NCBI RefSeq assembly: GCF_024502345.1
Contig: NZ_JALDNN010000001.1
Source: Escherichia coli
GTDB taxonomy: Bacteria; Pseudomonadota; Gammaproteobacteria; Enterobacterales; Enterobacteriaceae
Length of the DNA: 64,000 bases
Direction: 5' to 3' (one strand)
Below, piece by piece: positions 1-10,316 of the stretch (within the stretch, counting starts at the first letter, position 1; every line of letters begins with the position of its first letter). The notes under the pieces are model-generated. The model saw only the letters and a list, made by a program, of their open reading frames with translations, searched no databases and was not told the origin of the DNA. A program made the position numbers and the translations under genes.

Positions 1-468
1 CTTCACCGAAGACCTTCAGCCCGGTGGAATCAATTACCAGGTGTGCGATTTCACCCCGGGTGGGCGTTTTGAAACTGACGTTAACCGACTTTGCCCGCCT
101 GCTGACACAGCTGTAATCCGGGCAGCGTAGCGGAACGTTCATCAGAGAAAAAATGGAATCAATAAAGCCCTGCGCAGCGCGCAGGGTCAGCCTGAATACG
201 CGTTTAATGACCAGCACAGTCGTGATGGCAAGGTCAGAATAGCGCTGAGGTCTGCCTCGTGAAGAAGGTGTTGCTGACTCATACCAGGCCTGAATAGCTT
301 CATTATCCAGCCAGAAAGTTATGGAGCCACGGTTGATGAGGGCTTTATTGTAGGTGGGCCAGTTGGTGATTTTGAACTTTTGCTTTGCCACGGAACGGTC
401 TGCGTTGTCGGGAAGATACGTGATCTGATCCTTCAACTCAGCAAAAGTTCGATTTATTCAACAAAGCC
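1..468 (-). mobile_element. IS903-like (IS5 family) insertion sequence, partial: terminal inverted repeat plus N-terminal part of the transposase gene; element continues past the window start
   Basis: Minus-strand translation of 1..~400 reads ...TFAELKDQITYLPDNADRSVAKQKFKITNWPTYNKALINRGSITFWLDNEAIQAWYESATPSSRGRPQRYSDLAITTVLVIKRVFRLTLRAAQGFIDSIF...TRGEIAHLVIDSTGLKVFGE, recognised as IS903 transposase; terminus ...CAGCAAAAGTTCGATTTATTCAACAAAGCC ends at about 468 and matches the IS903 inverted repeat as I recall it. Confidence 0.85.
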
Positions 469-799
469 GCCCTGAAGTAAGAAAATGGTAATAGACCCCA
501 CCGATTTTCGACTAAAAAACAACCCAATAAGGCATTTAAAATTAATGCTATTTAAATCAATAGATTAAAGTGATGATTTTGACAATATGCAGCCCAACTT
601 AAGGGTAAATCAACCTTTCAACAATCAAAACCACACTCCATTAATTTTTATTATTGTGACAATCATCACATTTTACACCTGCGGGTGCTTTGATTTTGTA
701 CATTCACAAAGCTCACCAACCCCAACGACTATGAACGTAAAAAACCTCTTTTTATGCACATATTATTTCCATGTAAATCAATTCATTATGGAGATAATC

Positions 800-1153
800 A
801 TGTTCAAGCTCACGACACCCACCAGTCTTCCCCTTCTCAAACTGTCCGCCTCCGCGCTGGAAGCCCTCAGCAATGAAATCCTTGGCCCCGTCGATGATAT
901 CGACCTGTTTACCGCCTTCTGGAACGAAACGGAAACCCTGCTCTGGCATCTCAACCATGATGACACGCTGCCCGAAGACCCGCTGCTGGCAGTTGCACTG
1001 GCTAACCCGGAATACGTCACCGCACTTGATGATGGCTGGTATCTGCTTCTCGGTATCGTCTGTGATAACGGACAGGGTATCTATCTGGTATTCCCGGACA
1101 CGACCATTATCACTCAACTCCAGAACCTGATTGAGGCGCTGAACCATGAGTAA
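800..1153 (+). CDS. hypothetical small strongly acidic protein (117 aa); first gene of a four-gene operon
   Basis: ORF 587..1153 trimmed to the ATG at 800 preceded by GGAG; many D/E and almost no K/R; stop overlaps the next start (ATGA at 1146). Confidence 0.5.
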   Translation: MFKLTTPTSLPLLKLSASALEALSNEILGPVDDIDLFTAFWNETETLLWHLNHDDTLPEDPLLAVALANPEYVTALDDGWYLLLGIVCDNGQGIYLVFPDTTIITQLQNLIEALNHE

Positions 1154-1577
1154 GAAAAAAATCGCTACCGAAGCCGCCGTCATCGAAAGCTATACCGTGT
1201 TCTACAGGGGTGAAGCCGAGAAAATCAGTCCCCACAGTAAGGGTCTGCTGACGTATGAGTTGGGTAAAGAGGGTGAAACCGGAAGCCTTGCCCTGCGCTT
1301 AACCGCCAATGGCGAAGGGGGGCTGTTCTCCCGTGAATGGATAGCGCTTGATGCGATTCACGCCATTCTTGAACAACAGCAGGACAGTTTCCCGTCCCGG
1401 GTATTCCGCCCGCTGTTTGGTCAGGGCAGCACCAACAACGCCGGGTTTCTTGCCGCTGTACTGAGAAGCCCGGATATCTGTCTTATCGAGGCGGACAGCA
1501 GCAGACTCTTTATGCACCGCTGCTACGCCGACTGGCCGCATCGTATGACGCAGCTTGCCGCACTCAGCCAGGACTAA
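1146..1577 (+). CDS. hypothetical protein (143 aa)
   Basis: ORF with start overlapping the upstream stop (translational coupling); no family recognised. Confidence 0.55.
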   Translation: MSKKKIATEAAVIESYTVFYRGEAEKISPHSKGLLTYELGKEGETGSLALRLTANGEGGLFSREWIALDAIHAILEQQQDSFPSRVFRPLFGQGSTNNAGFLAAVLRSPDICLIEADSSRLFMHRCYADWPHRMTQLAALSQD

Positions 1578-1623
1578 TCCCCACTTTTTCTGTGTTCCAT
1601 ACCCCTTAAAAAGGAAATTCACT

Positions 1624-2052
1624 ATGTCATCACCCGCTATATTGCAGGGCGGCTATGTGCTGCCTCTCTCCCGGTCGTTCACCCAACTGCTTCTGGATAT
1701 CCTCGCGCAAAAACCGCCTCATCGTCACCCCATCACCGGATTAACCATTAACTTCCGTGACCCTGAATACTCACCGGAAAAGGGCGGCTGGCATCCGGTC
1801 GAAATACGCCTCATCCCTGCCGGAGAAGACTGGCAGCTCGATTACGTCACCGATTTTCACTATGCAGGACATCCATGGCCTGAGCTTGAAAAAGATGTCG
1901 ATGTGAGCTGGACGCAACAATACACGTGGCTTTCCCGTTGTGGCGATATCTCTCATGTCGACGCCCGTGAGTTCTGGTCGCTATGGGAAAGTAACTTTAT
2001 GGCTTACCACGATATGGGGGTTTTCACGGTCCGTACGTTGTGGGAAAGCTGA
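1624..2052 (+). CDS. hypothetical protein (142 aa)
   Basis: ORF 1555..2052 trimmed to the ATG at 1624 (MSSPAILQGG...); same strand and tight spacing with neighbours. Confidence 0.5.
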   Translation: MSSPAILQGGYVLPLSRSFTQLLLDILAQKPPHRHPITGLTINFRDPEYSPEKGGWHPVEIRLIPAGEDWQLDYVTDFHYAGHPWPELEKDVDVSWTQQYTWLSRCGDISHVDAREFWSLWESNFMAYHDMGVFTVRTLWES

Positions 2053-2110
2053 GTGTTCACTACGTTTCCCCCGCATCCCCCCTCTCCCCCATAGTAAGGA
2101 ACTGAATGTT

Positions 2111-2575
2111 ATGTACCGGCTTCTGCTGCTTAACTTCGTGGATTCATTTATCGATAACTGCATTCTGTCCTGCGTCGATGAACCGGCTTACGGCGGTATC
2201 GTGCAGTGCGAACTGCTTTTTGGCCTTGCCGCACACAGCGGTATCTATGTGGGTAACGGCGATATTGTTCATCTTGATGGCGATGGAACCGTTATCAAAA
2301 GTAAGGCTAAAGGTTTTCTTGACCGGCTCGATGGCTGGAACTCCGCTATCTCGGTGTATACCGACTGTATGGATTTGACGCCTCAGGGTTGTGCGCGGGC
2401 CGCTGAACGGGCAAAGGCGGCAGTGGGTCAGCGCTATCCTTATAGCCTGCTCGACTTTAACTGCCACCGGTTTACTGCCCGCTGCGTTACCGGCGATTCG
2501 TGCCCTGATATCTGGCTTGCCAGACACCTCGATACATTTCAGAAAGGGGACCGATGGCGCGTATGGCAACGATGA
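2111..2575 (+). CDS. LRAT/NlpC-P60-like putative acyltransferase or thiol hydrolase
   Basis: ORF 1940..2575 trimmed to the ATG at 2111; contains a His box (IYVGNGDIVHLDG) and the NC motif (YSLLDFNCHRF) in the order typical of the LRAT (H-box/NCEHF) family. Confidence 0.5.
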   Translation: MYRLLLLNFVDSFIDNCILSCVDEPAYGGIVQCELLFGLAAHSGIYVGNGDIVHLDGDGTVIKSKAKGFLDRLDGWNSAISVYTDCMDLTPQGCARAAERAKAAVGQRYPYSLLDFNCHRFTARCVTGDSCPDIWLARHLDTFQKGDRWRVWQR

Positions 2576-2793
2576 AAGCCAGCCGTTGCAGGCAACGTGT
2601 CACCGGACAGGGAGAACGGCTTATCCGGCTGACCATGGTGCTGTTTTACGGTCAGACAATATCTGTTCGCTACATCATCCGGCAGTTTGACGTGTCTCCC
2701 CGCACAGCAAGACGGGACCTCGCTCAACTGGCCTTTGTGCTGGAATCCGCTGGCCCTCACCTCTGGCGACTGGCTCCCTCGCTGAAACCCTGA
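2554..2793 (+). CDS. short HTH protein resembling the N-terminal HTH of the YfjR-like regulators in this window (possibly a truncated remnant)
   Basis: ...RLIRLTMVLFYGQTISVRYIIRQFDVSPRTARRDLAQLA parallels the N-termini of the ORFs at 4249 and 47188; overlaps the 3' end of the upstream gene. Confidence 0.3.
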   Translation: MARMATMKASRCRQRVTGQGERLIRLTMVLFYGQTISVRYIIRQFDVSPRTARRDLAQLAFVLESAGPHLWRLAPSLKP

Positions 2794-2867
2794 CTTTTTT
2801 CTCTGCCGGACATCTCCTGACCACCCCGTATGGCAGGCTGTCTCCGCTTTTCAATCCATAAGGGAAC

Positions 2868-3254
2868 ATGATGAAAATTTCTAAACTGTTAACCGCCACA
2901 CTTCTGCTTTCAGCCTTCAGCCACAGCGCATTTGCCGACGAGCAGGCTGACGCTCAGATGATAACCAACTCGACCTTCTGTGCGATGTACTCCACCCGCC
3001 TGACCCAGACCAGTGACAGCGGCCTTCAGGTAAAAGGCGTCAATCTCAATGCCCGCATCAACGGACCGGTATTCAACAGGGTACTTCAGGTGATGAACAA
3101 AACCTATGGCAGAACCTGGCTCGAATCAAATGCCCGTAACGGCAGCATGACCGCCATGCAGCTTTCGCAGTCGGAGCTGCTTTATAACCCGGAATATGCC
3201 CGGCAGTGCGATGCCTTTGCGGATAAAGTGGAAAAGGAATGGCGCGGAAAGTAA
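2868..3254 (+). CDS. secreted/periplasmic small protein of unknown function
   Basis: N-terminal signal peptide MMKISKLLTATLLLSAFSHSAFA; followed by an intrinsic terminator. Confidence 0.6.
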   Translation: MMKISKLLTATLLLSAFSHSAFADEQADAQMITNSTFCAMYSTRLTQTSDSGLQVKGVNLNARINGPVFNRVLQVMNKTYGRTWLESNARNGSMTAMQLSQSELLYNPEYARQCDAFADKVEKEWRGK

Positions 3255-3290
3255 TCCCGACGCGTTATACCTCCATCCGGTGAACAGAAA

Positions 3291-3314
3291 CCTGCTTTCG
3301 GGCAGGTTTTTTTT
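3291..3314 (+). terminator. rho-independent terminator
   Basis: CCTGC-TTTCGG-GCAGG hairpin followed by a run of eight T, 37 nt after the stop at 3254. Confidence 0.55.
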
Positions 3315-3333
3315 ACTTTTTTATTTTTCAGGC

Positions 3334-3348
3334 GGACAAACCCTGTCC
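3334..3348. promoter_or_regulatory. palindrome GGACA-N5-TGTCC (copy 1 of 3), candidate operator
   Basis: GGACAaacccTGTCC, 49 nt upstream of the ATG at 3397; same dyad recurs at 4191 and 47113. Confidence 0.45.
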
Positions 3349-3396
3349 GGGGGCTTCCTTAAACTGTCAGGTCCAATATCTGCAATGAGGTGAAAT

Positions 3397-4146
3397 ATGG
3401 CTACCTACCGACACGACCCTGATCTTGAATTTCTGCGCCACTGCCATCGTGACGATCTGGATTTACTGGTTTCTGTGCTTATCTGCGATCCGAAAGACGG
3501 ACTGGCACGCATCACGGAAACGCTGACCTATGATCCTCAGTATAAAAAACACAAGCCCAACCACCCGCGCTACTGGGATGCCATTGCCGCCGAGGTTCAG
3601 ACGTTTGGGGCGAACAGCTTTGCCACGCTGCTCCGCTGGGGTAAAGGGGTGCTGTACCGGGAAATTCTCACCGATGCCTGCGATAAAATGAAGGTGAACT
3701 ACAACAACAAATCCAGTGTTGAAACCATTGAAATGAATCTGCTGATGAAGATCCTGGAGAAAAGTCTTGAGAAGATGACGCCTGACCAGCTAAAGACCGT
3801 GGCGGAAGAATTGCAGACAGGCTACAGCAACCCCACGCCGGAGTTGCTGACCATGGCAATCCAGGCGGGGATAAAAACATCCGGGTTTGCGGCCTATCAG
3901 ATGGCACTTGTTGTCACAAATGGTGTGGCGAAAGCCCTGTTAGGCAGAGGGCTGACCGTTGCAGGAAATGCCATGCTGACGCGTACCATGGGCGCTTTTG
4001 CCGGTCCCGTGGGCTGGGTGCTCAGTTCTCTCTGGCTGCTGATTGATTTAGCCGGTCCCGCATACCGGGTGACGCTACCATCCTGCATTTTTATTGCCTA
4101 CATGCGCCAGAAGCATCTTTATTCACCTGAGAATACTGACGTTTAG
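3397..4146 (+). CDS. YaaW-like (UPF0174 family) protein
   Basis: N-terminus ...DPDLEFLRHCHRDDLDLLVSVL... and overall length resemble E. coli YaaW as I recall it; glycine-rich hydrophobic C-terminal segment. Confidence 0.6.
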   Translation: MATYRHDPDLEFLRHCHRDDLDLLVSVLICDPKDGLARITETLTYDPQYKKHKPNHPRYWDAIAAEVQTFGANSFATLLRWGKGVLYREILTDACDKMKVNYNNKSSVETIEMNLLMKILEKSLEKMTPDQLKTVAEELQTGYSNPTPELLTMAIQAGIKTSGFAAYQMALVVTNGVAKALLGRGLTVAGNAMLTRTMGAFAGPVGWVLSSLWLLIDLAGPAYRVTLPSCIFIAYMRQKHLYSPENTDV

Positions 4147-4190
4147 CACTTACATTTAAGGTATTCAGACTTTAAAAAACTTCAGAGGGC

Positions 4191-4205
4191 GGACAAATCC
4201 TGTCC
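4191..4205. promoter_or_regulatory. palindrome GGACA-N5-TGTCC (copy 2 of 3), candidate operator
   Basis: gcGGACAaatccTGTCCgc, 44 nt upstream of the ATG at 4249. Confidence 0.45.
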
Positions 4206-4248
4206 GCTACTGCTGGCATCATTTCCCGGCTAAATTCGGAAATGATGT

Positions 4249-4962
4249 ATGACGCTGATAACACAAGAAAACGAACATGACAGACTGGCAACCCGCCTTT
4301 CCATCATCCTGAGCCGTTTGTTTCAGGGTGAAAAGCTGCATATCGGGACGCTGGCAGAAGAATTTGGAGTGACGACGCGAACGCTGCGACGGGATTTCAA
4401 CGTCCGTCTGACCTACCTTGATATTGAACAGAGCAACGGCGTGTATCAGCTTGCCTCACATTACTTTCGTCGCCGCACGGAACGGGATATGAAGATACTG
4501 GCGAGGTTGCTGCATCTTGACCGTCTGTTACCCGCGATGGATGCCAAACTACTGAGCCTGATGCTTGACGGGGAACGTCCCTCGCCATACAGGATTATGC
4601 TACCGGAGCCGCGCCAGAAACCCACCCTTTTCGGTGATTTCAGCAGACTGACGCTCGCCATACTTAACCAGACCCAGGTGCGTATCAGAACCGACGAAAA
4701 CGTCAGCCATACCGTTCATCCCTACCGTCTGCTTTGCAGCCATGCGGAGTGGTTTCTTGCCGGATGTACGTCATCGGGCGTGTTCGTTATTTCCCTGTCC
4801 CGAATCAGGCTGGTTGAGGTATTACCGGATACAACGTTTGAGATCGATAACACACTCATTTCGCTGATTGAACAGTCTGACTTTATGGAAGCCTTACCCC
4901 ACATGAACATTATTCATCAGATAATGCATTACGGGAGTAAACAGACGAATAATCGTAATTAA
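4249..4962 (+). CDS. HTH transcriptional regulator, YfjR-like (DeoR-type HTH plus WYL-type C-terminal region)
   Basis: N-terminal HTH RLSIILSRLFQGEKLHIGTLAEEFGVTTRTLRRDFN; paralogous to the ORF at 47188. Confidence 0.6.
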   Translation: MTLITQENEHDRLATRLSIILSRLFQGEKLHIGTLAEEFGVTTRTLRRDFNVRLTYLDIEQSNGVYQLASHYFRRRTERDMKILARLLHLDRLLPAMDAKLLSLMLDGERPSPYRIMLPEPRQKPTLFGDFSRLTLAILNQTQVRIRTDENVSHTVHPYRLLCSHAEWFLAGCTSSGVFVISLSRIRLVEVLPDTTFEIDNTLISLIEQSDFMEALPHMNIIHQIMHYGSKQTNNRN

Positions 4963-5393
4963 AATCACAACATATTATTAGTGATGATTAAATCACATTA
5001 ACATGATAAGTGAGAAAGTTATGATTATCGATAAAGAATACGCACTTGTAAATGCAACAGCAAGACTTAACACTGACCTGAGGGATTATGAATATGAAAT
5101 AAACAACGCCGCCATCATAACATTTGGCAATGACCTCATTGAGGTAATCGTATATCAGTTCAGCTTTGTCATCAGCATCAGGGCAGAGGGTGAAAAAATA
5201 AAGCACGGCCTACTTGTTAACTTCGGTAAAAATATAGCAAGACAGGTTTCATCACTTTGTGCATCCGCAATGCGAGTCTACCCGAATGAAAAACACAAAC
5301 CGAGCCGTCAGCTTTTCCATTGCATAAATTAGTTTGTGCAAAGACTGTACTACCGACACGCAATAAATTAAAATAGGCCAGCTAATATAACAT

Positions 5394-7271
5394 ATGAGGT
5401 TTATGATGGCTGGCCAGTATGAAAAAGCAATAACGATAAAACAAGCGATAGATTCAATTAATTTACGCCACTATCTTCTGCCTGCAATTCAGAGGAAGTT
5501 CGTCTGGAGCAGCAGTCAAATATGTTTGCTGTTTGATTCCATCATGCGAGACTACCCGATAAACTCTTTCATGATGTGGGATATCCGTAGTGCCAGTATT
5601 AAAAATGATTACAAATTCTATGAATTCCTGAAAGAATACTGTCAGCGATTTAATGAAGAAAACCCCTGCGTAGCAACAAATGCTGGATTTCATGATTTCA
5701 AGGCGGTGATTGATGGTCAGCAGCGTCTCACATCATTATATATTGGATTGTGTGGAACGTATGCGTATAAACAGCCCCGGGTGTGGTGGCCTTCGGCACA
5801 GGATGATCGCATCCTGCCGCCCAGAAAGCTTTACGTCGATTTAACAGCGCCACTTAATTCAGACGATGAGCTCATGATGAAGTATAACTTCAGGTTCCTG
5901 ACCGACAAGCAATACGCTGATTCACTTACAGACAACAAGCATCACTGGTTCTGCCTGCACGAAATATTCAAATACGAGCAACATGATTCGCCTGATGATA
6001 TTTTATTTAACGTTGTCGTACCAGAACTCGAAAAAAGAGGACTCATTTCCAGTGAATTTTCCAGAAAAACATTACTGAGACTTTATACAAAAATAAGAAC
6101 TGAGAACATCATCCACTACTTCAATGAGAGTAGTCAGGATATTGACCATGTGCTGGATGTTTTCATACGCACGAACAGCGGGGGGACAAAACTTGAGTTC
6201 TCCGACTTACTGATGTCAATAGCGGTAGCGCACTGGCAGGGTGATTTCAGAAGAGAACTGGATGAACTGACAAAAAACATTTATCAGAATAATGAAATGG
6301 GGTTTTATATTGAAAGAGACTGGTTCTTAAAAACCAGCCTGATGCTTATTGACTCTGACGTCCGGTTCAAAGTAAAAAACTTCACTTCAGAGGAGGTCGG
6401 TAAGATACAACAACAATGGTCTGAAATAAAATCCTGCATCAAGGAGACTTTTATTCTTATCAGGCGATTCGGCATCAATCCACAGTCTTTGATATCTAAA
6501 AATGCAGTCATTCCTGTGGTCTACTGGCTTTACAAAAAGCAAACCAGTGGACATCCATTATATACAACGATTAACCTCCTGAATAAAAACCACAATGAAC
6601 GCTCAGTAATTAGCCAGTGGTTTTACATGGTACTTCTGAAAGGGATCTTTGGAAGCCAGGCAGATGCGCTACTCACGAGTATCAGAGATGTAATGAAAAA
6701 TAGTCTTTCAGATATTCACTTTCCTCTTGAAAAGATTATTGACAGATATAAAGGCTCGAATAAAGACCTCAGATTTGACGACGAATACATCGAAAGCCTT
6801 CTCAATATCAGATATGGCGAAGGTCGTTGCCGCGCACTATTGCATCTTCTGTTCCCTGAAATGAATCCGACCGAGGTGTTTCATATTGATCACCTTCACC
6901 CAAGAAATCACTTCTCAAAGAAATATCTTGAAAAATTAGATTATGTTGCGAACTCACCAGAGAACCTCAGCTTTTATGAAAACCCGGAACACTGGGACAC
7001 CATACCTAATCTTCATTTACTGAATCATTCTCAGAATATAAGTAAACAGGATACTTCCCTGAAACAATGGCTATCTCAGCCATCAAACAACTATTCGCCA
7101 TCAATGCTGTTAGTTTCAGATGAAAATATTGAGTTCAGTCGCTTCCCGGAATTCTACAATGAACGAAGAAACGCCCTGAAGCAAAGACTACTGAATCGGG
7201 TATTTCTTACAACAAAAATAGATTCATCACCATCCACAATCGATACGGATGAAGAAATTCTCACCGACTGA
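5394..7271 (+). CDS. DUF262/DUF1524 protein, GmrSD-like putative type IV (modification-dependent) restriction endonuclease
   Basis: N-terminal DUF262 hallmark ...AVIDGQQRLTSL... (DGQQR motif); C-terminal His-rich HNH-like region ...FHIDHLHPRNHF...; sits directly upstream of hsdM. Confidence 0.75.
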   Translation: MRFMMAGQYEKAITIKQAIDSINLRHYLLPAIQRKFVWSSSQICLLFDSIMRDYPINSFMMWDIRSASIKNDYKFYEFLKEYCQRFNEENPCVATNAGFHDFKAVIDGQQRLTSLYIGLCGTYAYKQPRVWWPSAQDDRILPPRKLYVDLTAPLNSDDELMMKYNFRFLTDKQYADSLTDNKHHWFCLHEIFKYEQHDSPDDILFNVVVPELEKRGLISSEFSRKTLLRLYTKIRTENIIHYFNESSQDIDHVLDVFIRTNSGGTKLEFSDLLMSIAVAHWQGDFRRELDELTKNIYQNNEMGFYIERDWFLKTSLMLIDSDVRFKVKNFTSEEVGKIQQQWSEIKSCIKETFILIRRFGINPQSLISKNAVIPVVYWLYKKQTSGHPLYTTINLLNKNHNERSVISQWFYMVLLKGIFGSQADALLTSIRDVMKNSLSDIHFPLEKIIDRYKGSNKDLRFDDEYIESLLNIRYGEGRCRALLHLLFPEMNPTEVFHIDHLHPRNHFSKKYLEKLDYVANSPENLSFYENPEHWDTIPNLHLLNHSQNISKQDTSLKQWLSQPSNNYSPSMLLVSDENIEFSRFPEFYNERRNALKQRLLNRVFLTTKIDSSPSTIDTDEEILTD

Positions 7272-7474
7272 ACGTTCAGCCCCGATAGTATTGGGGCTTC
7301 AGTATTTATCATCAGCGCAACGTTTCTACTGGCCTGGCTGAAAGAGCATTGGCTACACAACCGGGCAAACGAACTCTCAGTGCAACGTATGACATACAAA
7401 GCCTGTCATCAATATGAAATTGCGATAAAATCGGGCCAATAACAGTACTTAAGAATCATACAACAGGATACAAA

Positions 7475-9031
7475 ATGACAAGCCTTCAGCAGCGTGCAGA
7501 GCTACACCGTCAAATCTGGGCCATTGCCAATGATGTCAGAGGCTCCGTAGATGGGTGGGATTTTAAACAGTATGTACTCGGTGCACTTTTCTACCGCTTC
7601 ATCAGTGAGAATTTTTCCAGCTACATGGAAGCAGGGGATGAGAGCATACATTATGCAGCACTTGATGACAGCATCATTACCGATGACATCAAAGACGATG
7701 CCATCAGGACTAAAGGCTATTTCATCTACCCGAGCCAGCTGTTCTGCAACGTTGCCGCTAAAGCGAACACCAACGACAGGCTGAATGCTGATTTAAACAG
7801 TATCTTCGTCGCTATAGAAAGCTCTGCCTACGGCTACCCGTCAGAGGCCGACATCAAAGGCCTGTTCGCCGATTTCGATACGACCAGCAATCGACTGGGG
7901 AACACAGTTAAAGACAAAAACAGCCGTCTTGCCGCGGTTCTGAAAGGGGTTGAAGGGTTAAAACTTGGTGACTTCAACGAACATCAGATTGACCTGTTCG
8001 GTGATGCCTATGAGTTCCTGATTTCTAACTATGCCGCAAATGCCGGTAAGTCAGGCGGTGAGTTCTTTACACCGCAGCACGTCTCCAAGCTGATTGCACA
8101 ACTGGCTATGCACGGGCAGACCAGCGTTAACAAAATCTACGACCCGGCAGCGGGTTCCGGCTCACTGTTGTTGCAGGCGAAAAAACAGTTTGATAACCAC
8201 ATCATCGAAGAAGGCTTTTTCGGTCAGGAAATCAACCATACGACCTATAACCTGGCGCGTATGAACATGTTTTTGCACAATATCAACTACGACAAGTTTG
8301 ATATCAAGCTGGGTAATACACTGACTGAGCCGCACTTCAGAGATGAAAAACCGTTTGACGCCATCGTATCTAATCCACCGTATTCGGTGAAATGGATTGG
8401 CAGCGATGACCCGACGCTGATTAACGATGAACGTTTTGCCCCGGCTGGCGTTCTGGCCCCCAAATCCAAAGCTGACTTTGCGTTTGTATTACATGCACTG
8501 AACTATCTTTCTGCCAAAGGTCGTGCTGCGATTGTCTGCTTCCCGGGTATTTTTTACCGTGGCGGCGCAGAGCAGAAAATCCGTCAATATCTGGTCGACA
8601 ATAACTATGTCGAAACCGTGATTTCACTGGCACCGAACCTGTTCTTTGGCACCACCATTGCCGTCAATATTCTGGTGCTGTCTAAACATAAAACGGATAC
8701 CAAAGTTCAGTTTATTGATGCCAGCGAATTATTCAAAAAAGAGACTAACAACAATATCCTGACCGATGCCCATATCGAACAGATTATGCAGGTATTTGCC
8801 AGCAAGGAAGATGTTGCTCATCTGGCGAAATCTGTCGCGTTTGAGACCGTTGTCGCTAATGACTATAACCTGTCGGTGAGCTGCTATGTAGAAGCGAAAG
8901 ATAACCGCGAAATTATCAATATTGCTGAGCTAAATGCAGAGCTTAAAACTACGGTTAGCAAAATCGACCAGTTGCGTAAAGATATTGATGCGATTGTGGC
9001 TGAAATTGAAGGCTGCGAGGTGCAGAAATGA
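7475..9031 (+). CDS. hsdM: type I restriction-modification system, N6-adenine DNA methyltransferase subunit HsdM
   Basis: 518 aa; NPPY motif ([10 protein letters not shown]); AdoMet-binding region [10 protein letters not shown]; stop overlaps the hsdS start (ATGA). Confidence 0.95.
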   Translation: MTSLQQRAELHRQIWAIANDVRGSVDGWDFKQYVLGALFYRFISENFSSYMEAGDESIHYAALDDSIITDDIKDDAIRTKGYFIYPSQLFCNVAAKANTNDRLNADLNSIFVAIESSAYGYPSEADIKGLFADFDTTSNRLGNTVKDKNSRLAAVLKGVEGLKLGDFNEHQIDLFGDAYEFLISNYAANAGKSGGEFFTPQHVSKLIAQLAMHGQTSVNKIYDPAAGSGSLLLQAKKQFDNHIIEEGFFGQEINHTTYNLARMNMFLHNINYDKFDIKLGNTLTEPHFRDEKPFDAIVSNPPYSVKWIGSDDPTLINDERFAPAGVLAPKSKADFAFVLHALNYLSAKGRAAIVCFPGIFYRGGAEQKIRQYLVDNNYVETVISLAPNLFFGTTIAVNILVLSKHKTDTKVQFIDASELFKKETNNNILTDAHIEQIMQVFASKEDVAHLAKSVAFETVVANDYNLSVSCYVEAKDNREIINIAELNAELKTTVSKIDQLRKDIDAIVAEIEGCEVQK

Positions 9032-10200
9032 GCGAGTTGAGTTATCTGGAAAAATTGCTGGATGGGGTTGAGGTTGAGTGGAAATCATTGGGAGATGTTG
9101 TAAATTTTCAGCGCGGAAGGCGGCTCGTAAAATCTCAGTTAGAAACCAGAGGTAAATATGCGGTTTACCAAAACAGCATGACACCACTCGGTTACTATCA
9201 TGAGTATAATGTCGCAGCTCAATCTTCGTTCATTATCTGTGCGGGTGCAGCCGGTGAAATTGGTTATAGCGAAAATGAATTTTGGGCTGCCGACGATGTT
9301 CATTTCGCAATCACACCAGAATATATAAATGACAGGTTTTTGTTTCATTTTTTGTTGACGCAAAAGAATAAAATTTCAGGACAAGTACGCCGTGCCAGTA
9401 TTCCGCGTCTCTCAAAGTCAGTAATTGAAAAACTTGAATTCCCCATCCCCTGCCCGGATAATCCGGAAAAGTCCCTTGCCATCCAGTCTGAAATCGTTCG
9501 GATTCTGGATAAATTTACTGCACTTACCGCTGAGCTTACCGCTGAGCTTAACATGCGTAAAAAACAGTACAACTACTATCGCGACCAGTTGCTGAGTTTT
9601 GATGAGGGTGAGGTTGAGTGGAAGGCTTTGGAGGAAGTCTCAACTTTTGCTAATGGAAAGGGGCATGAAAAAGACATATCAGAAGACGGTAAATATATTG
9701 TTGTAAACTCTAAGTTTATATCTACCAATGGCGAAGTCGCCAAGTTATCAAACAAACAGCTATGCCCTCTTTTTAAAGACGATATTCTTTTGGTTATGAG
9801 TGACCTGCCCAATGGCAAAGCACTTTCAAAAACATTTATTGTTGATGAAGATCATAAATACACTTTAAACCAACGTATTGGTGGAATTACAGTAAAAAAC
9901 AGTAATGAATTACTCCCTAAGTTTTTGCACTATTTTTTAAATAGAACCCCGCAATTGCTGAAACATGACAATGGTGTTGATCAAACAAATTTGCGTAAAG
10001 GTCAAATACTTGAAGTAAAAATACCAATAATTTCACTCATCAAACAAGTTCAGATCGTTGAAACTCTTGATAAATTCGATACTTACACTAAGTCGATTTC
10101 AGAAGGCCTCCCGCGCGAAATCGAGCTGCGCCATAAACAGTACGAGTACTATCGTGATTTATTGTTCAGCTTCCCGAGACCAGAAACCGCCAGCAACTGA
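9028..10200 (+). CDS. hsdS: type I R-M specificity subunit HsdS (type IC-like)
   Basis: Two target-recognition domains separated by a conserved central region with the TAEL repeats (LTAELTAEL) and a related C-terminal repeat (...[14 protein letters not shown]). Confidence 0.9.
   Translation: MSELSYLEKLLDGVEVEWKSLGDVVNFQRGRRLVKSQLETRGKYAVYQNSMTPLGYYHEYNVAAQSSFIICAGAAGEIGYSENEFWAADDVHFAITPEYINDRFLFHFLLTQKNKISGQVRRASIPRLSKSVIEKLEFPIPCPDNPEKSLAIQSEIVRILDKFTALTAELTAELNMRKKQYNYYRDQLLSFDEGEVEWKALEEVSTFANGKGHEKDISEDGKYIVVNSKFISTNGEVAKLSNKQLCPLFKDDILLVMSDLPNGKALSKTFIVDEDHKYTLNQRIGGITVKNSNELLPKFLHYFLNRTPQLLKHDNGVDQTNLRKGQILEVKIPIISLIKQVQIVETLDKFDTYTKSISEGLPREIELRHKQYEYYRDLLFSFPRPETASN
9523..9550 (+). 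repeat. 12-bp direct repeat CTTACCGCTGAG x2 (plus partial CTTA) in the hsdS central spacer region
   Basis: Read directly: cttaccgctgag cttaccgctgag ctta, encoding LTAE-LTAE-L. Confidence 0.9.
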
Positions 10201-10316
10201 CGGACCATTGATACCGGCAGGGTTTGTTCTCACCCGCCCGGTATCAGGCTTTAAGAATGCCGGAAGATGCTTCTGATACCCTTCCGGAATTTGCCAGATG
10301 ACGCACAGGATGCACC

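Noticed and set aside
5003-5332. 109-aa ORF in the AT-rich spacer before the DUF262 gene
   Set aside because: AT-rich low-complexity composition, no recognisable family and a questionable RBS; could be real but not supportable.
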